Source: Cyanobacteriota bacterium | GTDB lineage: Bacteria > Cyanobacteriota > Cyanobacteriia > Cyanobacteriales > Nostocaceae | Length of the DNA: 64,000 nt | Reading direction: 5' to 3' | NCBI GenBank assembly: GCA_046045965.1 | Contig: JBJOKS010000013.1 | Coordinates: 32,001-96,000 of the forward strand | Part shown: piece after piece, positions 40,919 through 53,281 of the stretch | Layout: every line of letters starts with the position of its first letter | Position numbering within the stretch: the first letter of the stretch is position 1 | Translations under genes and position numbers: made by a program | The notes under the pieces: model-generated | What the model was told of the DNA's origin: nothing | The model's input: only the letters and a program-made list of their open reading frames with translations | Databases searched by the model: none

Positions 40919-41142
40919 AGATTGAACTTTAGATTGATTTTTAACTACATCAATTGATTGTATAATAAAACATTAATTCCGTCATAGTAAATCAAACCAA
41001 ATTATTGACAGAGTTATCTATTGAGCAAGTTCAGGATTTACAAAAGGAAATTCAAGCATCTTAATTAATTTACCCCGATTTCTTCAAGAGGTTGGGGATC
41101 TGCTTATTCACGCTGCATATTCCAGTTTAAATACTTAAATGA

Positions 41143-41940
<798 letters not shown>

Positions 41941-42150
41941 GGAGGCAGGAGGCAGGAGGCAGGAGGCAGGAGGCAGGAGGCAGGAGGCAGGAGGCAGGAG
42001 GCAGGAGGCAGGAGGCAGGAGGCAGGAGAAATGAAAATTGTAACTTTTGCCTTTTCCTATTCCCTATTCCCTGTTTTTTGACTTTTGACTTTTGACTTTT
42101 GACTTTTGACTTTTGACTTTTGACTTGATTTTTCCCTGTTCCCTGTTCCC
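41941..42150. repeat. STRR arrays (GGAGGCA)n, (TTTTGAC)n and (TTCCCTG/A)n
   Basis: Visible tandem repeats between convergent genes. Confidence 0.95.
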
Positions 42151-42156
42151 TAACTC

Positions 42157-43236
42157 CTAATTATTCTTAATTCTTTGCAAAACCGTAAAACCCAAAAGCA
42201 AAATAATACTAGCAGCAGAAGCCAGTATCACAGGTAAAGTCATCCCTTGTATTGTCATTGCCAGCAAATTGAAAAACAAAGTAACTGACCACAGAGTAAA
42301 AGCCGCACGACGTTGGGAAAAACCCCAAGCCAGCAACCGGTGATGTAAGTGGTCTTTACCGGGGGTACTCAGAGGGTTTTTTCCCGCTAAAAGTCGCCTG
42401 ACAAACACCTGAGTGGTATCTAAAACTGGCAACATCAGAAATAAAACCGTTGGTATCAGGGCATAAACTGTACTTTGTTGCAATTTGCCTAAAATGCTAG
42501 TCGCAGCTAGTACATAGCCGAAAAAATAAGCTCCCGCATCACCCATAATGATCCGTGAAGGATAGAAATTATGGCGTAAAAAGCCCAGTGCTGCACCTCC
42601 CAAAGCAGCTAATACCAGAGTTGCTGCTGCCCGGTTATCAAACTGAGCAGAAACCCCCAACAAACTCATCGCCGTAATAAAACTGATCCCCCCTGCCAAA
42701 CCATCCATACCATCCATCAAATTGATAGCATTAGTAATACCAACTACCCACAACACAGTCAAAGCCATTGACAATAGAGAGTCAATAGGTGTACCAAAAG
42801 CAACATTAATACTAATGCCATTAGCCACCAGCAACAATGCCGTGATCATCTGCGCCCACAAACGCACAGAAGGAGGTAAACCAAATTGATCATCAATAAA
42901 GCCAACCAAGACCAGAATAGAACCCCCTAACAAAATCGTTAGTACCTGAGCTAATACGCCTTGGAGTTCAATTGGTCGTAAAAGACTAGCTAATACTAAA
43001 GCGGCAATAACACCGGCATAGATAGCCAAACCCCCCGCATTGGGTAAAGGTTCTCGGTTAAGTCGTCGGGCGTTCGGTTGGTCAGCCCAACCCACCCGCA
43101 GGGCAAATTGACGGATAGCGGGAATTAAACGCCAAGTGACAACCCAAGCCAAAATAAAAGTAAATACTACCGCCAACCAGCCGGTGCCGCTAGGGTTAGC
43201 AATACCAAGGGATCTAAGGGAGTTGTCTAAATTCAT
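42157..43236 (-). CDS. WecA/MraY-family polyprenyl-phosphate GlcNAc-1-phosphate transferase
   Basis: GFIDD, NLMDGMDGL, IMGDAG and HLHHRL motifs; many TM segments. Confidence 0.9.
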   Translation of the reverse strand: MNLDNSLRSLGIANPSGTGWLAVVFTFILAWVVTWRLIPAIRQFALRVGWADQPNARRLNREPLPNAGGLAIYAGVIAALVLASLLRPIELQGVLAQVLTILLGGSILVLVGFIDDQFGLPPSVRLWAQMITALLLVANGISINVAFGTPIDSLLSMALTVLWVVGITNAINLMDGMDGLAGGISFITAMSLLGVSAQFDNRAAATLVLAALGGAALGFLRHNFYPSRIIMGDAGAYFFGYVLAATSILGKLQQSTVYALIPTVLFLMLPVLDTTQVFVRRLLAGKNPLSTPGKDHLHHRLLAWGFSQRRAAFTLWSVTLFFNLLAMTIQGMTLPVILASAASIILLLGFTVLQRIKNN

Positions 43237-43335
43237 CTCCCGATTCAACCATTACTGCTAGTTTCCAAAATAAGTATCAACTGTAATATTAATCAATTTT
43301 TTATGACTATTTGTTAAATTGAATAACTGAAGCAG

Positions 43336-45074
<1,739 letters not shown>

Positions 45075-45111
45075 TTACCGCTTTCCCTAATCAATAATTT
45101 TTAATTTTTTT

Positions 45112-45148
45112 ACAGTTTGTCTTGACAAAATCAGGCAAACTGTTTTTT
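45112..45148 (+). terminator. Rho-independent terminator of groEL
   Basis: ACAGTTTGTCTTGA / TCAGGCAAACTGT stem followed by a T-run. Confidence 0.75.
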
Positions 45149-45150
45149 AT

Positions 45151-45207
45151 ACAGGAAACAGGGAACAGGGAACAGGGAACAGGAAACAGGAAACAGGAAA
45201 CAGGAAC
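45151..45207. repeat. STRR (ACAGGRA)n
   Basis: Visible tandem heptamers. Confidence 0.9.
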
Positions 45208-45343
45208 TGAGGTTAGTTCAGTTATAGTAGAAGGCAAGAGTGAAACCCCTGCTATGATTAGGTTTTAAGGATCAATAATATCCTAATCTGAATGGCTACA
45301 GCTAGATCAAAAGCTAACTGCTAACTGCTATAGGTAAAATTTG

Positions 45344-46489
45344 ATGATTAAAAAAAATCGCCGTCTACCCAAAGGCATAAATAAACCTACTTATCTACAG
45401 GAATATTATCATCAACCAGGAACTCCACCAGGAACCATAATTGTTGATGAAAATGCTGAACAACCAAATATTATTTTGATTGACTACAACCAAACTAATC
45501 TGATTCGTCAACAAATAACTAACCCTGAAGATTGCGCTAATTATTTGGATACAACATCTGTTTCTTGGGTGGATGTTCAAGGTTTAGGTAATAGAGACAT
45601 TTTAGAAAGATTGGGTAAAGTTTTTGATTTGCATCCTCTCGTTTTGGAAGATGTGATGAATATGGCAGAACGTCCAAAAATTGAGGATTATGAAGACCAG
45701 TTATTGATTATTGCTCGGATGGTAGTACCGAAAGGAAGAAGTTATGGTTTTCATAGTGAACAAGTGAGTTTTGTGTTGGGAAAACATTATTTACTTACAG
45801 TTCAAGAAGAACCAGAGTATGATTGCTTTGACGGAGTAAGAATGCGAATTGAAAAAAATAAAGGCACAATTCGCAAACAAGGAGCAGATTATTTAGCTTA
45901 TGCTCTATTAGATGCAATTATTGATGGTTTTTTTCCAGTGCTAGAACTCTATGGAGAACGCATTGAAGAATTAGAGGAAGAAGTAATAGTCAAACCTACT
46001 CCACAAACATTACAACAAATTTACCAAATTCGGCGAGAATTATTACAATTACGTCGTGCGATTTGGCCTCAAAGGGATGCTATTAATTCTTTGATTAGAG
46101 ACAGTAGTGAAATAATTAGTGATGAAGTAAGGATTTATTTAAGAGACTGTTATGATCATACCGTGCAAGTGATGGATATGGTCGAAACTTACCGAGAATT
46201 AGCATCTGGTCTGATGGATGTCTATCTTTCAGCAGTTAGCAATAAAATGAATGAAGTGATGAAATTACTCACCGTGGTTTCATCAATTTTTATTCCTCTA
46301 ACTTTTGTAGCTGGAATCTATGGGATGAATTTTAATACTGAAAAATCACCATATAATATGCCGGAATTAAATTGGTATTGGGGTTATCCATTGTGCTTAG
46401 GATTGATGGGGGTCATCGCTGGTGGGTTAATTTTCTTCTTTTGGCGACGGGGTTGGTTGACAAATTCATTGTATATTAAACAAAAATAA
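45344..46489 (+). CDS. corA: Magnesium/cobalt transporter
   Basis: YGMNF and MPEL motifs with two C-terminal TM helices. Confidence 0.95.
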   Translation: MIKKNRRLPKGINKPTYLQEYYHQPGTPPGTIIVDENAEQPNIILIDYNQTNLIRQQITNPEDCANYLDTTSVSWVDVQGLGNRDILERLGKVFDLHPLVLEDVMNMAERPKIEDYEDQLLIIARMVVPKGRSYGFHSEQVSFVLGKHYLLTVQEEPEYDCFDGVRMRIEKNKGTIRKQGADYLAYALLDAIIDGFFPVLELYGERIEELEEEVIVKPTPQTLQQIYQIRRELLQLRRAIWPQRDAINSLIRDSSEIISDEVRIYLRDCYDHTVQVMDMVETYRELASGLMDVYLSAVSNKMNEVMKLLTVVSSIFIPLTFVAGIYGMNFNTEKSPYNMPELNWYWGYPLCLGLMGVIAGGLIFFFWRRGWLTNSLYIKQK

Positions 46490-46525
46490 GGATTAAAAAC
46501 TTTACAGGGAGTTATTTGCAGTTTT

Positions 46526-47242
46526 ATGGCAGTACAAAGTGGTGATCAAAATCTGATTGTTTTGATGGTTTATATATTGGGGATATATTACACATTCAAT
46601 CGCATGATTGAATCTATTGATGATATGGTGACACTAGATTTCCAAAAAGGTGCTGTTGATGAACAATTGAAAGAACAAAACCTTCAGGATAAAATTGGTA
46701 TTTCTTTTGGTACAGGTACATATTCTTTAGAGAAACTGAAAGACAATTTAAAAGAATTGTCAATTAGCATCGAGAATAAGTCAGAAAGTTTAGCGGTATA
46801 TGTAGACTGGGACAATAGCTCTTGGGTAGTTGAACATAACAAAAAATCCCGCCGAGTGATTCGCAAATCTCCAGACCTCAGCCGTGACTTGGCAATACCA
46901 CAGGTTCCTACTATTATTGCTCCCAAGAAAACAATTTCTGAAAATGTCACGGCAGAAGATATTTTAAGAAGGGACAAAGAAACAGGTACATATCAACCAG
47001 GAGAACCCTTAATTGATATAGTTGCAATGAAGAATCAAAAGCCTTTCAAGGGTTTGTACAAAGACTTTATGGATCGTAAAAAGAAGGTGGAATTTTCTTT
47101 TCAACTGGTGCTAAGGATATCTGAGTTGCGTGTTGGTTTAGCTCCTGGTGTGAATGTTCCTCCCATATCAATTATTAATTGTCCTTTCACTATCGAGAAA
47201 CTACCCTGGACATATGCCTTACCTTGGAATAAGAAAAAGTAA
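46526..47242 (+). CDS. Hypothetical protein with N-terminal hydrophobic helix
   Basis: 238-aa ORF; no motif recognised. Confidence 0.7.
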   Translation: MAVQSGDQNLIVLMVYILGIYYTFNRMIESIDDMVTLDFQKGAVDEQLKEQNLQDKIGISFGTGTYSLEKLKDNLKELSISIENKSESLAVYVDWDNSSWVVEHNKKSRRVIRKSPDLSRDLAIPQVPTIIAPKKTISENVTAEDILRRDKETGTYQPGEPLIDIVAMKNQKPFKGLYKDFMDRKKKVEFSFQLVLRISELRVGLAPGVNVPPISIINCPFTIEKLPWTYALPWNKKK

Positions 47243-47291
47243 TAATTATCCACACAGAAGGGGCGATCAAAGCTTAAACTGGATGTAGGAG

Positions 47292-47720
47292 GAGAGTAGG
47301 CGTAGGCAGTTGCAGATCAGTTATTAAGACTGGTTTGAGGAAAGTCCGGACTCCCGAAAGACCAAACTTGCTGGATAACGTCCAGTGCGAGCGATCGTGA
47401 GGATAGTGCCACAGAAAGATACCGCCAATACTGGGGACTGGGTACTAGGGACTGGGTACTGGGGAAGAATTTTCCCAATCCCCGATCCCCAATCCCCGAT
47501 CCCCAATCTTGGTAAGGGTGCAAAGGTGCGGTAAGAGCGCACCAGCAGCATCGAGAGGTGCTGGCTCGGTAAACCCCGGTTGGGAGCAAGGCCAGAGGAA
47601 CTATGGTTGGTCTTTTACCAGTTCCGTCAAACAAGCGCCGCTAGAGGTGTCTGGTAACAGGCATCCCAGATAGATAACTGCCCTCGCAAGAGAACAGAAC
47701 CCGGCTTACTACCGACTCTC
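47292..47720 (+). ncRNA. rnpB: RNase P RNA (type A) with STRR insertion in P12
   Basis: GAGGAAAGTCCGG and AACAGAACCCGGCTTA conserved regions; the 5' and 3' ends pair as P1. Confidence 0.97.
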
Positions 47721-47725
47721 TTCTG

Positions 47726-47767
47726 AAACGAATTATGGATTTTTTATTTTCCATAGTTCGTTTTTTT
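47726..47767 (+). terminator. Terminator after rnpB
   Basis: AAACGAATTATGGA / TCCATAGTTCGTTT stem plus T-run. Confidence 0.75.
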
Positions 47768-47779
47768 GAATGGATGTCT

Positions 47780-48031
47780 CTAATTTATGGGTTGACCTAC
47801 ACCAGCGGCTTGCAACTGCTCTAGACTCGGTTTACCAGTTAAGACAAGTTTTCCGTTGATGACGATCGCTGGCACGGCATTTACTCCATACTGCTGGGCT
47901 TTCTCCTGCTCTTGTCGCATATTATAAACTGATACTTCACAGCTAGGACAAATCATATCTTGCACCATCTGCACTGTTTCATCACAAAGAGGACAGTCAG
48001 CTGTAAAAATCTCAATTTGACGTTTTGTCAT
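47780..48031 (-). CDS. Small thioredoxin/glutaredoxin-fold protein with two CxxC motifs
   Basis: CPLC, CPSC and VPAIVING motifs; start MTKRQIEIF. Confidence 0.8.
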   Translation of the reverse strand: MTKRQIEIFTADCPLCDETVQMVQDMICPSCEVSVYNMRQEQEKAQQYGVNAVPAIVINGKLVLTGKPSLEQLQAAGVGQPIN

Positions 48032-48061
48032 GATGTCCACCAAAATTCTTTTTACTCATTC

Positions 48062-48093
48062 ATTCTCAAGCCTATAGTTGACTATAGAGTCAA
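48062..48093 (-). promoter_or_regulatory. MerR-family (PbrR/CadR/ZntR-like) promoter-operator
   Basis: Minus strand TTGACT-CTATAG-TCAA-CTATAG-GCTT-GAGAAT: dyad within a 19-20 bp spacer. Confidence 0.75.
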
Positions 48094-48246
48094 CCCCATC
48101 TGAACATAATTTTCCAAATAACCTGAATTTAACAAGTTCGTTGAGTACGTCGTGCTGACGGATATTAGGCTCAATTTGCAATTGATGAACTATGCCCTTT
48201 TCTTAAAGGAGTGACAATTTCACATTCCACAAGGGGTATAGTTTAA

Positions 48247-48297
48247 GTGGACTCTTTGAACCAAGAATCTCCGCGCCTTTAGGTCGGAGAGTGTTAA
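48247..48297 (+). mobile_element. IS200/IS605-family right-end remnant (3' end of tnpB)
   Basis: Encodes VDSLNQESPRL*, typical of cyanobacterial TnpB C-termini, followed by the hairpin TCTCCG...CGGAGA and GTGTTAA (compare canonical TCAA end). Confidence 0.65.
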
Positions 48298-48346
48298 ATT
48301 GAATGCTAAGTTAAGAGTTATTAGCCCTTTTTTCCATACTTACCTA

Positions 48347-49072
48347 ATGTCTCGCGTTTATCCTCGCCGTCAACGGCAACTTGAAAGTTTAGTCCAAAAG
48401 TTAGGTTTGTCACTAGATAGTCCGATAAAGTGGCCGTTACTTGACTTGGCTCTAACTCATGCTACTGTTTCGGAGTCGGCAAATTATGAACAGCTGGAGT
48501 TTGTGGGTGATGCGGTGGTGCGGCTGGTTGCTGCTGTGGTGTTATGGGAACATTACCCCGACTGCTCGGTGGGTGATTTTGCGGCTATTCGTTCGGTTTT
48601 GGTGAGCGATCGCATTCTCTCCAAATTAGCACGAGAATATGGTTTAGAATTATACTTACTGGTAGCAGGTAGTGCTACTGCTGATCAAGTTGGTCAAGAG
48701 TCACGTCTAGCAGATTCTTTTGAAGCAGTTCTAGGTGCGCTTTATCTCAGCACTAACAATTTAGACCTGATTCGCCCTTGGTTAGATCCGCACTTCATGG
48801 AATTGACACAAGAAATTCGCCTTGATCCGGCTAGACTCAACTATAAAGCGGCTCTGCAAGAATGGACTCAGGCACAATTTAAAGTTTTACCAGAGTACCG
48901 AGTTATGGAAGTTAATCAACCCCATCGTACTCATGAGCGTTTCTTGGCTGAAGTTTGGTTACATGAGAAAATGTTAGGACAAGGTAAGGGACGCTCTATT
49001 AAAGCGGCTGAACAAGCTGCTGCAAAAATTGCTTACTTGGCGGTTACTGAAGAGGTGACAGGTGACAGGTGA
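48347..49072 (+). CDS. rnc: Ribonuclease III
   Basis: EQLEFVGDAV, ADSFEAVLGA and C-terminal dsRBD. Confidence 0.93.
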   Translation: MSRVYPRRQRQLESLVQKLGLSLDSPIKWPLLDLALTHATVSESANYEQLEFVGDAVVRLVAAVVLWEHYPDCSVGDFAAIRSVLVSDRILSKLAREYGLELYLLVAGSATADQVGQESRLADSFEAVLGALYLSTNNLDLIRPWLDPHFMELTQEIRLDPARLNYKAALQEWTQAQFKVLPEYRVMEVNQPHRTHERFLAEVWLHEKMLGQGKGRSIKAAEQAAAKIAYLAVTEEVTGDR

Positions 49073-49134
49073 CAGTAAAGAGGCAGGGGAGCAGGGAGCA
49101 GGGGGAAAAGATTTATACCAGTGACTAATAACTA

Positions 49135-50160
49135 ATGAGTAAAATTAAACTGGCAATTATTGGTGTTGGGCGTTGGGGAGTACATTTGTTGAGGAATTTT
49201 CTGGCACATCCTCAAGTAAGTGTAGTGGCTGTAGTAGATCCACATCAAGAAAAATTAGCAGCAGCCAAACAACAGTTTGATTTAGATGAAAATGTATTAT
49301 TAACAACCGAGAGGGAATCTATAAAGCAGATTTCGGGACTATCAGCAGTGGCGATCGCAACTCCCGCTACCACTCACTATAGCTTAATTAAAGATTCTCT
49401 TCAGCACGGATATCATGTTTTGGCAGAAAAACCCCTGACTCTTGACCCAGAAGAATGTCGGGAACTGTGCCAATTAGCAGAGTATCAGCAATTGATCCTC
49501 ATGGTTGACCATACTTATTTATTTCACCCAGCAGTGGAAAAAGGTCAAACGGTAGTTCAAGCTGGTCAGTTGGGTGATTTACGTTATGGTTATGCTACCC
49601 GTACTCATTTGGGACCTGTACGCCAAGATGTTGATGCACTATGGGATTTAGCAATTCATGATATTGCGATTTTCAACACTTGGTTAGGTAAATTACCTGT
49701 AAAAGTACAAGCAACGGGTACAGTTTGGTTACAGGAAAATAGGACAGAAAGCCAGGGTTTAGCGGATTTAGTTTGGGTAACGCTGACTTATCCAGATAAT
49801 TTTCAAGCATATATTCACCTATGCTGGTTGAATCCTGATAAACAGCGTCGGTTAGGAATTGTAGGTAGTAAAGGAAGTTTGATTTTTGATGAAATGTCAA
49901 CTTCATCTCCTTTAACCCTGATACATGGAGAGTTTAGCAAAGAGGGAGATTTATTTATACCTGTAAATCAACGTCAGGAAGTGCTGGAAATTGCCAAAGC
50001 TGAACCATTAGGAAAAGTGTGCGATCGCTTTGTTACCAATGTCCAAAAAAATACCCCCTCACTCATTTCATCCGGGTGGGTAGGTAGAGAGTTAGTAGAA
50101 ATTCTCAGTGCTTTAACTACATCCCTCAACCAAGGCGGTAAATCGATCAAAATCACCTAA
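49135..50160 (+). CDS. Gfo/Idh/MocA oxidoreductase
   Basis: IIGVGRWG, AEKP and DLAIHD motifs. Confidence 0.9.
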   Translation: MSKIKLAIIGVGRWGVHLLRNFLAHPQVSVVAVVDPHQEKLAAAKQQFDLDENVLLTTERESIKQISGLSAVAIATPATTHYSLIKDSLQHGYHVLAEKPLTLDPEECRELCQLAEYQQLILMVDHTYLFHPAVEKGQTVVQAGQLGDLRYGYATRTHLGPVRQDVDALWDLAIHDIAIFNTWLGKLPVKVQATGTVWLQENRTESQGLADLVWVTLTYPDNFQAYIHLCWLNPDKQRRLGIVGSKGSLIFDEMSTSSPLTLIHGEFSKEGDLFIPVNQRQEVLEIAKAEPLGKVCDRFVTNVQKNTPSLISSGWVGRELVEILSALTTSLNQGGKSIKIT

Positions 50161-50297
50161 AAATTAATTTTAATTCTAAATTAAGAATTTAACAGCGTAA
50201 ATATGTGGATTTTATCTGTAAAATTTAAATCCTATAGGGTTATTTTTTAACTCAAAACCGATATTTTTGTACCAATTTACAACTTAACAATAAACTT

Positions 50298-51071
50298 ATG
50301 ACATCCCCAGATTCAATCAACCCTGGAACTCTCAAATCTCTATCTGAGTTTGTGCAACTCAACCCACCTGCTATATTTATCACTGATGCTCACCCAGACC
50401 TGATCAAAGAAATACAGGAAATTCTGAAGATAGAAGTAGATGGTATCGTCGGTCCTTTAACCAAGCAAGCTTTCGCAGAATTTAAGGAATTTAACCAACT
50501 ACAATATCCCTTGGGACTAGGAGTAACTACAGCTAAGGAGTTACTAGAGTTCAAAGGTAAGGAAGAAACCGCAAGTACCACGGATGACAGCACTGGTTCA
50601 GAAGCAAAACTCAATCCTTCTGCTGGTTCACGTACAGGTGCAACCATGAAACTTCCTGGAGGTGAAATAGTCTATGCAAACCAATATATTGTTGAAGGTA
50701 TTCCTCTAACTTGGGGTGAAGCTACCAAAAATTGTACTCGTATTCCTACAAGTGCTGAATATGTAGCAAATGCCATCAAAGTGGCGAAAACTTGGGGACC
50801 AGTGAGAGAGAAGTTTGGTTCACCCATCAGAATTACTTCTGGTTATCGTCCACCCCAAGTCAACAAGTCAATAGGAGGCGCTCGGAATAGTCAGCATCTC
50901 TACTTCCGAGCTATAGATATGATACCTATGAACGGAGACTTTAGAAAGCTTTGGGATGTGTTAAAAGCTTCTCAATTTTCAGGTTTGGGAGATGCTGTTT
51001 TTATGGGACGAAATAAAGGATTTTTCCATGCTGACATTCGACCCGGTGGAAGAGTTATTTTCCCTTACTAA
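50298..51071 (+). CDS. Peptidase M15A (D-Ala-D-Ala carboxypeptidase-like) with peptidoglycan-binding-like N-terminal segment
   Basis: TSGYR, SQHL..RAID and FHAD Zn ligands; VDGIVGPLT. Confidence 0.8.
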   Translation: MTSPDSINPGTLKSLSEFVQLNPPAIFITDAHPDLIKEIQEILKIEVDGIVGPLTKQAFAEFKEFNQLQYPLGLGVTTAKELLEFKGKEETASTTDDSTGSEAKLNPSAGSRTGATMKLPGGEIVYANQYIVEGIPLTWGEATKNCTRIPTSAEYVANAIKVAKTWGPVREKFGSPIRITSGYRPPQVNKSIGGARNSQHLYFRAIDMIPMNGDFRKLWDVLKASQFSGLGDAVFMGRNKGFFHADIRPGGRVIFPY

Positions 51072-51102
51072 TAACTCAATCTGCTAATTATACAATCAAA
51101 TT

Positions 51103-51135
51103 AAAGCCCCCCTTTTTAAGGGGGGTTGGGGGGAT
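51103..51135. repeat. Cyanobacterial palindromic repeat CCCCCCTTTTTAAGGGGGGTTGGGGGGATC
   Basis: Hairpin between convergent genes; a degenerate relative lies at about 40029-40107. Confidence 0.6.
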
Positions 51136-53054
51136 CAAACACAAGGAAACAGCGTAATTGTTTTATCTCCACTTCCAGCAGCTAAAATCTTCCCATCTGG
51201 ACTGAAAGCAACTGCATAAACCGCATCATCAGCACATTTGACACTGGAAATTTCTGCACCACTATCTACAACCCATAATTTCACAGTTTTATCTTTACTA
51301 GCACTAGCTAAAATCTGACCATTGGGACTAAAAGCAACTGCATAAACCGCTTCAGAATGTCCATTTAAAACCTTAATTTCCTGACCAGTTTCTACATCCC
51401 ACAGCTTAATAGTTTTATCTTGATTACCACTAGCTAAAATCTTACCATCAGCACTAAAAGCTAAAGCATTAATAGCACCAACAAACCAATCAGAACTTAC
51501 CGTTAAAGCTGTTAAAGTTCTCACTTTGTTTTCAGCTAATTGAAAGATTTTGATAGTTTTATCATTATTACCTCCACAACTGGCTAAAAGTTTACCATCT
51601 GGACTAAAAGCTACACACAAAACATCATCTATATGACCTTTAAAAGAGTAAATTTCCTTTTCTGTTTCTAAAGACCAAAGTTTAACTGTTTTATCTTTAC
51701 TACCACTAGCTAAAACTTTGCCAAATGGACTAAATACTACAGAATTAACCTTCTCTTCATGTCCTGTGAAAGTGAGAATTTTATTACCTGTTTCTACATC
51801 CCATAATCTAATAGTTTTATCATTACCACCACTTGCTAATATTGTACCATCGGGACTAAAAGCAACTGAGTTAATACCTCCACTCCAAGCAGCATCTTGA
51901 TGTCCTTCTAAAGTACGATGTTGCTGAGTTGTTAAATCCCAAATTTTGATAGTTTTGTCATCACTTCCACTAATTAAACTTTTTCCATCAGGACTAAAAG
52001 CAACTGAAGAAATTTTATATTCATGACCTTTTAAAGTTCCCACAAATAATAAGTTTTCTAATAATTTATCTGTGTTTTCTTCAGATGCAGATATCGTAGG
52101 AATTGCTTGATTAAATTCGACTTTGATACTAGAATTTTGTAAAGGTTGAATATTTGATTGATTTGCTGTCTCCAGCGGTTTGATTAAAGAATTAAATGTG
52201 ATTAAAGCATCAAATGAAGTATCTAATGCTGTTAAGGATTCATGTACAGAATCAAAAATATCATTGAATCTAGAATTTTCACTGTTTTGATTTTGTTTAA
52301 CTTGCTCAAACTCCTCAATTTGTGTAGCAAAAGCTTGATTTAATTGCTGGATGGAATTATCAATATTTTCACAGCGATAATTAATATCAGCAAGTTGATG
52401 ACTAAGTTGCGAAAATTCTAAAGTTCGATTTTCTTGATTTTCTCTTAATTCTGCTAATTCTTTTTGACTTTTTTCACTCCAATTTTTTAGATATTTATCA
52501 ATTTCCTCAATCTTGCTTGTTTGAGAATTAACAACTTCAATTTTTTCAATCCTTTGATTTAAGTGGTAAAATTCAGATTGTATTTCCTCAACAATGTTTA
52601 ATTTTTCTTCTTGTTGCTGAATCTGCTGCTGTAAATTTTTTAGTGAATTACTTAATTCTGTCAAACTGTTGTTAATATCTTGAATTTGTTCAGGAAATTG
52701 GTTAATTTCTGTACTCAATTTTTGTAGTGAGATTTCAATTTTTTGATCAATAAGTTGGTTTAATTGTTGTTTCCAAACTTCAATTTGTTGTAACCTCTGA
52801 TTAGATGTATTCATAGTTTCCTGTACTTGGTAAAAGTTATCTGTGATATTTTGCAGACTTGTTTGTAATTGTTCAATTTTTTGTTGCGACTGAGAATAAT
52901 TAAACTGGGAACGAGTCGCTAAATTTGCTATACTTAAAATCACAGGTATAACTGCATAAACCACCTGTTGAGTCACTGTTGCTGCTATTGTTCCCAATAC
53001 TATTAAACCCAAGCATACATACTCGCTAATTTCTAGCCATTGACGTTTGCTCAT
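51135..53054 (-). CDS. WD40-repeat protein with N-terminal TM helices and coiled coil
   Basis: About seven GH...VAFSPDG..LASGS.DKTIKLW repeats. Confidence 0.9.
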   Translation of the reverse strand: MSKRQWLEISEYVCLGLIVLGTIAATVTQQVVYAVIPVILSIANLATRSQFNYSQSQQKIEQLQTSLQNITDNFYQVQETMNTSNQRLQQIEVWKQQLNQLIDQKIEISLQKLSTEINQFPEQIQDINNSLTELSNSLKNLQQQIQQQEEKLNIVEEIQSEFYHLNQRIEKIEVVNSQTSKIEEIDKYLKNWSEKSQKELAELRENQENRTLEFSQLSHQLADINYRCENIDNSIQQLNQAFATQIEEFEQVKQNQNSENSRFNDIFDSVHESLTALDTSFDALITFNSLIKPLETANQSNIQPLQNSSIKVEFNQAIPTISASEENTDKLLENLLFVGTLKGHEYKISSVAFSPDGKSLISGSDDKTIKIWDLTTQQHRTLEGHQDAAWSGGINSVAFSPDGTILASGGNDKTIRLWDVETGNKILTFTGHEEKVNSVVFSPFGKVLASGSKDKTVKLWSLETEKEIYSFKGHIDDVLCVAFSPDGKLLASCGGNNDKTIKIFQLAENKVRTLTALTVSSDWFVGAINALAFSADGKILASGNQDKTIKLWDVETGQEIKVLNGHSEAVYAVAFSPNGQILASASKDKTVKLWVVDSGAEISSVKCADDAVYAVAFSPDGKILAAGSGDKTITLFPCV

Positions 53055-53281
53055 TCTGCTTAATTTATGATCCGGTTTATACAGTATATTTATGCAAAAG
53101 TTTTATTGTCAATAATCATTTTTTACTCTCTTCCCAGTCCCCAGTCACCAGTCACCAATCCCAAAATTGCTATAATCAATAAAATATGATATGATGAGTA
53201 GTTCTCTAAAACAGTGCTGGGTGAAGAACGTAGATAGAAAACTCAGCACATCTACACACTCAGCACAAAGAACTCTAGTTT

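Noticed and set aside
41941..42150. Possible CRISPR array
   Set aside because: Contiguous 7-mers with no unique spacers; no 25-40 nt repeat-spacer pattern or cas genes seen anywhere in the window
47246..47254. Perfect DnaA box TTATCCACA upstream of rnpB (also isolated TGTGGAAAA at 7331, 28670 and 63224)
   Set aside because: Isolated 9-mers are expected by chance in AT-rich DNA; no cluster indicating oriC
47317..47634. Minus-strand ORFs of 105 and 75 aa
   Set aside because: They are antisense to rnpB
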